Virus record (IMG/VR): IMGVR_UViG_3300047400_000090
Location: 22,008 to 86,007 of that record
Source: a virus
Taxonomy: Duplodnaviria > Caudoviricetes
Strand: one strand, 5' to 3'
Length of the DNA stretch: 64,000 bases
Shown: piece by piece, positions 17,801 to 25,347 of the stretch
Position numbering within the stretch: position 1 is the stretch's first letter
Layout: each line of letters starts with the position of its first letter
Program-made: the position numbers and the translations under genes
The notes under the pieces: model-generated
What the model was told of the DNA's origin: nothing
The model's input: only the letters and a program-made list of their open reading frames with translations
Database searches by the model: none

Positions 17801-17910
17801 TCTATCCCTTATAGGCTACGGTCTATGGGATGGGTACGGAGCTATCGGTTCTGGTCTATTAGAGGCGGCCCAGGTTGATAAAAAGATGGACTGGTGGTAC
17901 ACTGTGCTAG

Positions 17911-18312
17911 ATGACCGACTTAACCAAGACTGACCTATCAATGACTTCTTCTGACTTGGAGTACTGCTTACGGGAATGGCAGAAGGTATTACGGTTGCAG
18001 GATTGGGATATCAAGGCCGAGATGTGTAATGCGGCGCGACTTCCAGGGAAACTCGGCTCCTGTAGTGTATCTTTCTCGAAGAAGGCAGCTAAGATACTTA
18101 TTCTTGATAGAGTTAGCCATGATGCCACACTGGATACTGACTGGCCTTATGACCCTGAGTTGACGTTGGTACATGAGCTACTGCACTGTCATGCTGGGTT
18201 TATGGATGGCCGTACGGACTATTCTGAGACATTTGAGGAGCACATGGTAGAGTCAATAGCTACTGGATTGGTTGGCCTGCGGCGGTTTTTGCCCAGTGCG
18301 CCGTCCTTCTAA
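17911..18312 (+). CDS. Small zincin-like HExxH protein, paralog of 25838-26269
   Basis: WQKVLRLQDWDI...TLVHELLH...EEHMVESIA. Confidence 0.7.
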   Translation: MTDLTKTDLSMTSSDLEYCLREWQKVLRLQDWDIKAEMCNAARLPGKLGSCSVSFSKKAAKILILDRVSHDATLDTDWPYDPELTLVHELLHCHAGFMDGRTDYSETFEEHMVESIATGLVGLRRFLPSAPSF

Positions 18313-19037
18313 AATCTTTGAATGGCTAGATTTCCGTGGAAGTCTTCTATAATGAATGACATAGACTCAACCATATCACCACAATTTAGGTAGGTTATGC
18401 CATTGATAACGGAGTGTTCTGGGGTATGGATATGCCCACAGATAACGCCATTACACCCAGCGGCCTTTGCGGCCATAGCCAAGGTAGTCTCAAATGAGCT
18501 AATAAACGAGGTAGCCGCCTTAGTCTTCTTCTTAAGGGCTGCGGCTAGGGAGAAGTGGGAAGAAATTCCCAGGAGTCGCCGGACTGCGTTTATTGGCCCA
18601 TTGATCCAGAGTAGCAGGTCGTAGATCCATGCCCCAAGGACTGCCAGCCACTTAATTTTTGAGACAATGGAATCGAACTGGTCGCCGTGGATAACTAGGT
18701 ATTTCTCTCCCTTGGCTGAGACATGAATGGCTCTGTCTATAATGGTTATATTCCCGAAGTCAATGGGACTGACGGTTCTAAGGAAGTCATCATGGTTCCC
18801 TGGTAAGTAGACTACCTTGGTGCCATTATGGGCTAACTTAAGTAGGCGGCGGATGACCTGATTTGCGGGTTCTGGCCAGTGAGGAGATGACTTCATGGCC
18901 CAAAGATCGATTATATCTCCAACTAAGTAAATGAAATCAAACGAGTTATCTTTTAGTAGGCGAAGTACTTTGTCTGGGTTTGAGCCATTAAAGCTTAGGT
19001 GGATATCGCTAATAAAGAGGGAACGGTAGTGTGGCAC
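18309..19037 (-). CDS. Calcineurin-like metallophosphoesterase, LpxH/UDP-2,3-diacylglucosamine diphosphatase-like
   Basis: SDIH, GDIID, PGNHD, IHGD, GHIH and YLNCGD motifs. Confidence 0.8.
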   Translation of the reverse strand: MPHYRSLFISDIHLSFNGSNPDKVLRLLKDNSFDFIYLVGDIIDLWAMKSSPHWPEPANQVIRRLLKLAHNGTKVVYLPGNHDDFLRTVSPIDFGNITIIDRAIHVSAKGEKYLVIHGDQFDSIVSKIKWLAVLGAWIYDLLLWINGPINAVRRLLGISSHFSLAAALKKKTKAATSFISSFETTLAMAAKAAGCNGVICGHIHTPEHSVINGITYLNCGDMVESMSFIIEDFHGNLAIQRF

Positions 19038-19081
19038 TACTCTTAGGGTAGCAGGAGAATGTTTAGGTGGAGTTACTGTGA

Positions 19082-19105
19082 AATTAGTCCAGTACTGGAG
19101 TAATT
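19082..19105. promoter_or_regulatory. Palindrome copy upstream of the phosphoesterase gene
   Basis: AATTAGTCCAGTACTGGAGTAATT, intergenic. Confidence 0.7.
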
Positions 19106-19123
19106 ATTCAGTAGTGAATAAAA

Positions 19124-21031
19124 CTATTTTGACTGTCCCCAAAGTTTGTCATATAGCTTATCTCTTGCTTCCTTGTAATTTTGATTGGTTTTATCGCCAC
19201 CACCTAGGAAGTTTTTCAGCAGGCTCTGGAAGTGTCCAAGTTGAACGTGATCGCCGTCAAGTTGGGCAGGATTAGCTATCATGTCGGAGATGAACTGATG
19301 TACTTTCCCGCTTAGTAGTTGGTTTACTTTTTTACCTTCTGATGCAGAAATTGCAGACAGTGGCCAGAGGTTATTTCCAACCTGAGATCCATACCCGGAA
19401 CCTTCTGGATGAAGACCAATGATGGCTCCGTTGTCTAGCATTTCCTGTGTTGGCTTTAATCCAACCCATGATCCAGATTGAGTAGTTGGTCCAGTAGAAG
19501 GAATCGGCTGTTCCTCCCATCCACCGCTGAGGTTGCCTGGTTCTTGTGCCGACTTCTTGGCAGAACTCCTTATTTCTCCTAAGTTTGGCCGCTCCTTAGG
19601 CATGCCTGGGGTGAAGTTTTCTGGCTGTAATCTCGGCAATTGGCGCAAGAACTCTGGGTCGAGCTTGCTGCGGATGGCCTGGGCCATGTTTTCCAGGGTT
19701 GGCTCAAAACTGGACGAGTAGGGATCCTTTGACTTAAAAATTGGCTTCCCATAGACAGCCTTATTGAACACCTCGGCGGCCTGACCTGGGTCTATCTTGA
19801 AATAACTTGCTATTGGTCCGCCGTCCATGGCGTAATAGTCAACAGGACCGCTGAATCTTCCGTCCCTAATGGCGTCCGGCAGTCCATTTACAAAAGTTCT
19901 TAGCCTATCCTGGTCACTAATTGCCTTAGCCATGCCGTTAGAGTTAAGTACTACTGAAGGCAGATCCGCTGGCTTAACTCTATCGGCCAGGAAGGGATCA
20001 AACATCTTACTACCTTGACGAACCCTATCGGTAATCATGTCGTGGAGCGACATTGACCTCTCAACTGGAATATCTAATCCGTTTTGAATGAACGACTTAA
20101 CGTGATCGAAGGTGATTGGATTATCCATCCACTTCTCAGCTTCTGATGTAAGTAGGTCTTTAGTCCAGGCGGCTAGTGGAGACTTTCCGATATCTTCCCT
20201 GAGCACCTTGGCGGCATCGATCATCTGCGGAGTACCGAACGCAGCTTCTACGTGGGGTTGATTTAAGACTACCTTCTGTAGGGTATTGGGGTTAAGCTGT
20301 ACTGGATTCTTGGTCTGATACTCAAACTCAAAGTCTGGGTTCATTTTTGCAAGATACGCAGGCGTATCGAAGCCAGTGCGCTGCGTCTTCCCGTACCCTG
20401 GATAGACAAACGGTTCCCCACCCGCCTCGGTAATAGCCGACGTCGGTAAGACTAGGCTAACATCGGTCCCAGTAGCCGAAGCCTTGGGGTTAATTGCCCC
20501 TACCCTAGAAACTGAGACCGGCCCCTTGAGCCTCATCCCACGGACAATCCCCTCTAGGTTAGGTAGCTTTGTAGCGTGGTAGACCGTATCACGGGCATTA
20601 ATTAGCTGGTTCAAGACCTCAGGAGATAGCTTATCCTTGGCTATCTGGCTCATGGCCCTTAGGACGTCATAACTCGGGAATCTACGCTCTGCTCCACCCT
20701 CTAGAACCTCTCCGGTAGGCGCTTCCTTGGTCAAAAGAGAGGCCAGGGAGGTAGCGGTACCCCATCCTGGGCTGGCCGACATTGCCATACCGGCCTGAAT
20801 CCCATTAATTACGTCCTGTAACCCAGGAACCGGTGCCGGAGTAGCTACTTCGTTCTTCTGGGACTGTAGTCCCTGGGGTTGGTTCTTGCGGTTGACCACG
20901 ACAGGAGGCGTGGCTGCTGCGGTACGTTGCGGTGATTGGGTTACTTGGGAGAGATAGGACTTATATTCCCCGTTGGGGTCCAGATAGAAGGCTAGAGGAG
21001 GGCCTTGCGGTTGTGGAGGATAACTAGCCAT
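19124..21031 (-). CDS. 635-aa hypothetical protein with P/Q-rich N-terminus
   Basis: Long ORF with GAGG SD; no confident family assignment. Confidence 0.8.
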   Translation of the reverse strand: MASYPPQPQGPPLAFYLDPNGEYKSYLSQVTQSPQRTAAATPPVVVNRKNQPQGLQSQKNEVATPAPVPGLQDVINGIQAGMAMSASPGWGTATSLASLLTKEAPTGEVLEGGAERRFPSYDVLRAMSQIAKDKLSPEVLNQLINARDTVYHATKLPNLEGIVRGMRLKGPVSVSRVGAINPKASATGTDVSLVLPTSAITEAGGEPFVYPGYGKTQRTGFDTPAYLAKMNPDFEFEYQTKNPVQLNPNTLQKVVLNQPHVEAAFGTPQMIDAAKVLREDIGKSPLAAWTKDLLTSEAEKWMDNPITFDHVKSFIQNGLDIPVERSMSLHDMITDRVRQGSKMFDPFLADRVKPADLPSVVLNSNGMAKAISDQDRLRTFVNGLPDAIRDGRFSGPVDYYAMDGGPIASYFKIDPGQAAEVFNKAVYGKPIFKSKDPYSSSFEPTLENMAQAIRSKLDPEFLRQLPRLQPENFTPGMPKERPNLGEIRSSAKKSAQEPGNLSGGWEEQPIPSTGPTTQSGSWVGLKPTQEMLDNGAIIGLHPEGSGYGSQVGNNLWPLSAISASEGKKVNQLLSGKVHQFISDMIANPAQLDGDHVQLGHFQSLLKNFLGGGDKTNQNYKEARDKLYDKLWGQSK

Positions 21032-21068
21032 CTACCTCTATTATAAGGATTTAGTGGCTCAAGCCTAA

Positions 21069-21236
21069 CTAAATTGTGGGTCGGTAGTAGAAGCGCCGCC
21101 TATCCCCGAACTCGCGGAACATGTGGGTGATGATGCGGTTGTTAAATCTGCACCTCATTTCAAACGACCAGTGGAACATTGGATTCTTGCTTGATATCAT
21201 TCTTCCCATGGTTAGTCCAGAAATCCAAGTCTTCAT
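21069..21236 (-). CDS. Micro-ORF, array C (MKTWISGLTM...RRRFYY, 55 aa)
   Basis: Translated by hand; ATGA overlap. Confidence 0.7.
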   Translation of the reverse strand: MKTWISGLTMGRMISSKNPMFHWSFEMRCRFNNRIITHMFREFGDRRRFYYRPTI

Positions 21237-21469
21237 GTGTACAGTTCCGGCATCTTGACTGGAGCTTTAATGATCGACCTTGCAGGAAGTGGACTAAACG
21301 TATCACTTGCAACTATGTAGCAACGATGCTTACCGGGCTCCCGGCACTGCCTACTTAGGGTAGATTCTAGTGTTCTAGATCCGTCAACTGACTCCGTTAT
21401 GGCGAAGATGCTACAGCCATTAAAGATGAACTGAGATGGTATGTTTAGGCTTCTTATCCATGGTTTCAT
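21233..21469 (-). CDS. Micro-ORF, array C (MKPWIRSL..., 78 aa)
   Basis: ORF track; ATGA overlaps. Confidence 0.7.
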   Translation of the reverse strand: MKPWIRSLNIPSQFIFNGCSIFAITESVDGSRTLESTLSRQCREPGKHRCYIVASDTFSPLPARSIIKAPVKMPELYT

Positions 21470-21690
21470 TTTGTGTACATCCTAACTCTCCCCATAAATC
21501 CAATTCCGTCTCTGGAGTAGACATCAAAGCAATGAAGCATTGAGGCATACACTACTCGCCTATAGTGACCACCCATGGTTCTTCCTCCGGTTGTACAGCA
21601 CCACGGATCACGACTTCTCATTGGGCCGTTCTTGATATTTACATATGGCTGGTAGTGGACGTAACTAATTGATGATATCCAGGGCTTCAT
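21466..21690 (-). CDS. Micro-ORF, array C (MKPWISSISY...GRVRMYTK, 74 aa)
   Basis: Clear paralog of the two upstream ORFs. Confidence 0.8.
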   Translation of the reverse strand: MKPWISSISYVHYQPYVNIKNGPMRSRDPWCCTTGGRTMGGHYRRVVYASMLHCFDVYSRDGIGFMGRVRMYTK

Positions 21691-21929
21691 TTTGTGTACA
21701 TCCTGACCCTACCGATAAATCCAGGGCCGTTTTTACAGTAGACATCTAGTAGTCCGCAGTTCTCAAATCCATGACGCATTGAGGCAAACACTACGTTCCT
21801 CTTTGATCCTCCAATGGTTATTCCTCCTGATTTCCCGCACCACGGATCTCTACTAATCATTACCCTGTTCCTAATTTTAAAGTATGGCTCGTAGTGGTTG
21901 TAGCTAATTGTAGACAGATATGGCTTCAT
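21687..21929 (-). CDS. Micro-ORF, array C (MKPYLSTISY...GRVRMYTK, 80 aa)
   Basis: Paralog; ATGA overlaps. Confidence 0.8.
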   Translation of the reverse strand: MKPYLSTISYNHYEPYFKIRNRVMISRDPWCGKSGGITIGGSKRNVVFASMRHGFENCGLLDVYCKNGPGFIGRVRMYTK

Positions 21930-22147
21930 TTTGTGTACATCCTGACTCTACCGACAAAGCAGTGTGGGTCTTTTAGTGGATCCATAACCAATGGAAACAG
22001 CGATGCATAAACTAAGTACCTCCCGGATCCTGTCCACGTTTTACCTCCAGACTTGGTAATGTACGGCATTATGTTCTTCATTGGCCCATCTCTGTTTGAC
22101 AGGTGCCTATAGTTAACGTAGGTAATTGTCGATATCCAGGGTTTCAT
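21926..22147 (-). CDS. Micro-ORF, array C (MKPWISTITY...GRVRMYTK, 73 aa)
   Basis: Paralog; ATGA overlaps. Confidence 0.8.
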   Translation of the reverse strand: MKPWISTITYVNYRHLSNRDGPMKNIMPYITKSGGKTWTGSGRYLVYASLFPLVMDPLKDPHCFVGRVRMYTK

Positions 22148-22380
22148 TTTGATCTGTTATAGGTCCTTATAAATGTCTGCCTGGATGATCCGTCTTTTGA
22201 TCTATCCAAGACTCGAATCACTGCCGAGGCGCAGGTCGCAACTACTCCATTAGCTGACTTAGCAGGACTTGACTTAAAGATATAATGCCTCTCGTTGCCG
22301 ATTGGATAACACGCCAGACATTGGTATACCGCCAAGGAGTTAATGTAGTGCGGGAGTGTCCAGCAGTAGTAGTGTTTCAT
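22144..22380 (-). CDS. Micro-ORF, array C (MKHYYCWTL..., 78 aa)
   Basis: N-terminus identical to 22377-22577. Confidence 0.75.
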   Translation of the reverse strand: MKHYYCWTLPHYINSLAVYQCLACYPIGNERHYIFKSSPAKSANGVVATCASAVIRVLDRSKDGSSRQTFIRTYNRSK

Positions 22381-22577
22381 CGGTTCCTCATAATAACGCC
22401 TCTACGGTGACATGGTAATGCGCTCCAGCAAGAGGCGTAGCAGGCGAAAAAATAATCGCTCATTGATATCAGGTCAACTGTGTAATTGGCTCCATTTTGG
22501 TTTCCGATTTTAGACCAATGAAAATGTGTGGATATATTGCATGCGTCCCTGGTCGTCCAGCAGTAGTAGTGTTTCAT
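22377..22577 (-). CDS. Micro-ORF, array C (MKHYYCWTTRD...MRNR, 66 aa)
   Basis: ACYAS motif; ATGA overlaps. Confidence 0.75.
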   Translation of the reverse strand: MKHYYCWTTRDACNISTHFHWSKIGNQNGANYTVDLISMSDYFFACYASCWSALPCHRRGVIMRNR

Positions 22578-22804
22578 CGGTTTCTGAGTAGCATCCCTCC
22601 CTTAGTGTGATACGGATGGGTGTAGCCTGAAGCGTAGCATGAACAAATGGTACCGGCGGAGGTTGACAAAGTATCAATGTGGGTATCTACTCCATGGATT
22701 TTGCCGACCTTTGTAAACATGTCGTACACCACGGAGAGCCTCCCCTCTATGGCTTGGGAAATAATTGCGTCCCTGGTAGTCCAGCAGTAGAGAAAGTTCT
22801 TCAT
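22574..22804 (-). CDS. Micro-ORF, array C (MKNFLYCWTTRD...LRNR, 76 aa)
   Basis: Internal ATG of the track ORF; SCYAS motif. Confidence 0.75.
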   Translation of the reverse strand: MKNFLYCWTTRDAIISQAIEGRLSVVYDMFTKVGKIHGVDTHIDTLSTSAGTICSCYASGYTHPYHTKGGMLLRNR

Positions 22805-22986
22805 TTTGTCCTTAGTATCATGCCAGATCTCCATGGGATGGCGTCCCTATAGCACGAGGCCCACTCCACTAGAACACCATCTCTTGACTGAGTTGATGTC
22901 CAGATAGACTTAGCGGTTAGTGCCATGGTCCATAAATTGGCATAGGTAGAGTCTCTGGTGGTTAGCCCCTGCAGGTAACTCTTCAT
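22801..22986 (-). CDS. Micro-ORF, array C (MKSYLQGLTTRD..., 61 aa)
   Basis: ASCYR motif; ATGA overlaps. Confidence 0.75.
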   Translation of the reverse strand: MKSYLQGLTTRDSTYANLWTMALTAKSIWTSTQSRDGVLVEWASCYRDAIPWRSGMILRTK

Positions 22987-23165
22987 ACGACCCTAGTGTG
23001 CATCCCTCTACGGCCTGCCGGAACCGACCTATAGCACGAGGCGAACTCAGCCACAATTCCATTGCCTGAAGAATATGAATTGAAGAAACTCCATTGAAGA
23101 TCAACAAGAGAACTATACACAATTTTAGAGTCTCTGTAGGTTATCGATCTAAGCCACTGCCTCAA
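22983..23165 (-). CDS. Micro-ORF, array C (MRQWLRSITYRD..., 60 aa)
   Basis: ASCYR motif; ATGA overlaps. Confidence 0.75.
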   Translation of the reverse strand: MRQWLRSITYRDSKIVYSSLVDLQWSFFNSYSSGNGIVAEFASCYRSVPAGRRGMHTRVV

Positions 23166-23434
23166 AATTCACCTACCTTGCTAGATCTCCAGCCAATCTT
23201 TGGGTAATAGTGCCATGCCATGCTGTCTGTTCTGGCGTAAGACGCCAAGACGCATCCATATAACCCATTCAAAATGCTAGCTTTACTCTGCATTGAGACA
23301 AGTATCTTGCTTTGCTGTGTGACGCTCCCAGACAGATAGATCGTCGCCTTGGTAGTGGCACACCATACTGGAATCTCTCCCGTTGACCAGTACCTGTGGC
23401 CAGCAAACGGTAATGCTGTAATCCAGTGTTTCAT
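23162..23434 (-). CDS. Micro-ORF, array C (MKHWITAL..., 90 aa), first gene after the internal promoter
   Basis: LASYA motif. Confidence 0.75.
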   Translation of the reverse strand: MKHWITALPFAGHRYWSTGEIPVWCATTKATIYLSGSVTQQSKILVSMQSKASILNGLYGCVLASYARTDSMAWHYYPKIGWRSSKVGEF

Positions 23435-23438
23435 TACA

Positions 23439-23462
23439 GATTAGTCCAGTACTGGAGTGATT
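23439..23462. promoter_or_regulatory. Palindrome copy between the array promoter and its first ATG (operator candidate)
   Basis: GATTAGTCCAGTACTGGAGTGATT. Confidence 0.75.
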
Positions 23463-23485
23463 CTGAGGTGCCAACCATAAGCTGA

Positions 23486-23514
23486 AGTATAGCCAGTTAT
23501 TATCTACATGTCAA
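23486..23514 (-). promoter_or_regulatory. Strong sigma70-type promoter inside array C
   Basis: TTGACA-17 bp-TATACT. Confidence 0.8.
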
Positions 23515-23680
23515 CCTTAATCACGTCCTGTCTTTACTGGAGGGAATAGAAACAGGAGTAAACATTCAAGAGAGCAGCACCGGATCGCAGCGTTGCTTAT
23601 GCTGCTTCTGACTGGGCCGAAATAAAGATACGATCTCACGTCTATCGAGACAGGCTCTCATTGGTAATTACAATACTACC

Positions 23681-23854
23681 CTAGACATCAAACTTTGGCA
23701 ACCATTGCCACTCTAGGCTGGCATAGCTAGCCGCTCCGAATGGACTAGTTAGAGAGCTTGCGTTGGGAGCCACCCTGTGCGCTAAAACCCAGGACATAAT
23801 TTCGCAAGGGCCAGTGCCCCATACATGGCATGACGACATTAAGAAGTGTTTCAT
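23681..23854 (-). CDS. Micro-ORF, array C (MKHFLMSS...ASYAS...WLPK, 57 aa)
   Basis: Translated by hand; ATGA overlap. Confidence 0.7.
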   Translation of the reverse strand: MKHFLMSSCHVWGTGPCEIMSWVLAHRVAPNASSLTSPFGAASYASLEWQWLPKFDV

Positions 23855-24057
23855 AATACGTAGTACGGGAACCTGCCTTTAAAGGACGTATAGCAGCAAT
23901 AGGCACCTAGTGACCCATTGCTGCCGTGCCTAGAGACAGTGCTAAGTAGTTCTATTCCAATTCCTGACTGATGGGCAGATGTAACCCATTTCTTATGCGC
24001 TCCCGGTATTCCCTTGCGGTAGTGCGGACTAACTAGTCCGATTAGGTATGGTTTCAT
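23851..24057 (-). CDS. Micro-ORF, array C (MKPYLIGL..., 68 aa)
   Basis: ORF track; ATGA overlaps. Confidence 0.7.
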   Translation of the reverse strand: MKPYLIGLVSPHYRKGIPGAHKKWVTSAHQSGIGIELLSTVSRHGSNGSLGAYCCYTSFKGRFPYYVL

Positions 24058-24215
24058 AAGAATCTACTAGATCTAAACCACCAACCGGCTTGGCAGAATG
24101 ATACCGCCTTACTGTCCCATCCTGGGTCTTCTAAGAACACCTGACGCAAATAAGTGCAGTACCTGTAGCACTTATTTGCGGTATCCATTACAGGGCAGTA
24201 CATCCAGATCTTCAA
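24054..24215 (-). CDS. Micro-ORF, array C (MKIWMYCP..., TTG start, 53 aa)
   Basis: Internal TTG of the track ORF; resembles MKAWMYLP upstream. Confidence 0.6.
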   Translation of the reverse strand: MKIWMYCPVMDTANKCYRYCTYLRQVFLEDPGWDSKAVSFCQAGWWFRSSRFL

Positions 24216-24217
24216 AG

Positions 24218-24403
24218 TCACCCCACCCTCTCCGCGTACACCTGCTCTTCCGCCGCCGAGAACCTGTGCCCGTCTCGAATAACCTTTACAGAGGCCCCGT
24301 TCGCCCATCCTTTGCCGGTAATACAATGAGACTCTATTTGAAATCCATCCATTGAACAAGTTTCGCTTGTTCTCATCCACGGTAAATACATCCAGGCTTT
24401 CAA
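24218..24403 (-). CDS. Micro-ORF, array C (MKAWMYLP..., TTG start, 61 aa)
   Basis: TTGA overlap with the upstream stop. Confidence 0.6.
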   Translation of the reverse strand: MKAWMYLPWMRTSETCSMDGFQIESHCITGKGWANGASVKVIRDGHRFSAAEEQVYAERVG

Positions 24404-24609
24404 TATGCCCTCCTTGGGAAGACTCTCATGGATCCTACGTGATGGGCGTGCTGTCGAGTAGGTTGACAGTACGCCCATGACTGTAGCCCAATATTGTTTG
24501 TGTATGCTCTCGATAACATAGAGACACCCTCATGAAAGCCTCTTGCGGTTACCATTACACTTCGGGTTGACGGCTCATAGCCGTGGAATAGAGCCATGTA
24601 GACTTTCAT
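24400..24609 (-). CDS. Micro-ORF, array C (MKVYMAL..., 69 aa)
   Basis: Internal ATG one base after the upstream stop. Confidence 0.7.
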   Translation of the reverse strand: MKVYMALFHGYEPSTRSVMVTARGFHEGVSMLSRAYTNNIGLQSWAYCQPTRQHAHHVGSMRVFPRRAY

Positions 24610-24610
24610 C

Positions 24611-24793
24611 CTAGTCGGTATCCCAGTGGTAAAGTCTTTTCTTCCATAGCCTCTCATTGTTATCTATAACCAAATAAAGCAGCGAGGCCGCCAGAGCAAG
24701 CCATCGCCCTCTGGCCCTGCTCTTTCTGGCGTATAGGTTGAACCACTTGGCAGACTGCTCATGGCTCATAACGGTCATTAGGTAGGCTTTCAT
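24611..24793 (-). CDS. Micro-ORF, array C (MKAYLMT...LWKKRLYHW, 60 aa)
   Basis: Shares the LWKxRLYxW C-terminus with the two upstream ORFs. Confidence 0.75.
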   Translation of the reverse strand: MKAYLMTVMSHEQSAKWFNLYARKSRARGRWLALAASLLYLVIDNNERLWKKRLYHWDTD

Positions 24794-24978
24794 ACCTCGT
24801 GCAACCAGTGATACAGTCGATTTTTCCACAATTCATCACTTTTTATTGTGAATTGCTTAATTGATGCAGCAGTGGAATAGTAAGACGAGGATGCACTTTC
24901 GAAGGTGTACATTACCAATCCCTTACTTAGCAATTTCGTCCAGCTTGGGCCGATCCCGGTCATGTTATAAACTTTCAT
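24790..24978 (-). CDS. Micro-ORF, array C (MKVYNMTG...LWKNRLYHW, 62 aa)
   Basis: Paralog of its neighbours. Confidence 0.75.
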   Translation of the reverse strand: MKVYNMTGIGPSWTKLLSKGLVMYTFESASSSYYSTAASIKQFTIKSDELWKNRLYHWLHEV

Positions 24979-24979
24979 G

Positions 24980-25147
24980 TTAGCCCCATCGGTACAACCG
25001 CTCCTTCCATAGCTTCTTATCAGGCGGAACAAGACTAACTATCGATGGACTCATAACTGTCCACATTGCAATGGAGCTAATCCTTGTATACCAGCAAAAG
25101 CGGTCTGATATCATCTTCTCCGGCCCTGCCATGTTATAGACTTTCAT
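24980..25147 (-). CDS. Micro-ORF, array C (MKVYNMAG...LWKERLYRW, 55 aa)
   Basis: Paralog of its neighbours. Confidence 0.75.
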   Translation of the reverse strand: MKVYNMAGPEKMISDRFCWYTRISSIAMWTVMSPSIVSLVPPDKKLWKERLYRWG

Positions 25148-25148
25148 T

Positions 25149-25340
25149 CTATCTCTCAAATCTCCCAGGGAAGTCAATAATAGCCTTGGCCCAGTGTGTA
25201 AATAACTGTCCACCATAAGCATAACTACAGGAGGTGGAGATGCAAGAAATTGGTAGATTGTAAGATGTTGCAGACAGCCGCATAGCCATGTGCCTACTAG
25301 TAACTACAAGGCCAGCCGGGAGAACCAAGTGCGATTTCAC
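25149..25340 (-). CDS. Micro-ORF, array C (MKSHLVL..., GTG start, 63 aa), probably leaderless
   Basis: GTG lies 7 nt after the -10 box; SCSYAY motif. Confidence 0.6.
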   Translation of the reverse strand: MKSHLVLPAGLVVTSRHMAMRLSATSYNLPISCISTSCSYAYGGQLFTHWAKAIIDFPGRFER

Positions 25341-25347
25341 AAATCTA

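Noticed and set aside
21465-22790. CRISPR array suggested by 19-28 bp repeats separated by unique sequence
   Set aside because: Spacing is about 200-240 bp, the repeats differ along the array and encode stop/start junctions, and no cas genes are present.
21069-25340. Diversity-generating retroelement as the source of variation
   Set aside because: No reverse transcriptase in the window, and differences between the closest paralogs are not restricted to adenine positions and include indels.
21069-25340. One long gene fragmented by stop-codon recoding
   Set aside because: Successive ORFs change frame at ATGA overlaps and use TGA, TAG and TAA, so readthrough would not fuse them. Long genes elsewhere read normally in the standard code.
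21069-25340. RiPP precursor cluster
   Set aside because: No conserved leader with a GG or similar cleavage motif, and no modifying enzyme or transporter nearby.
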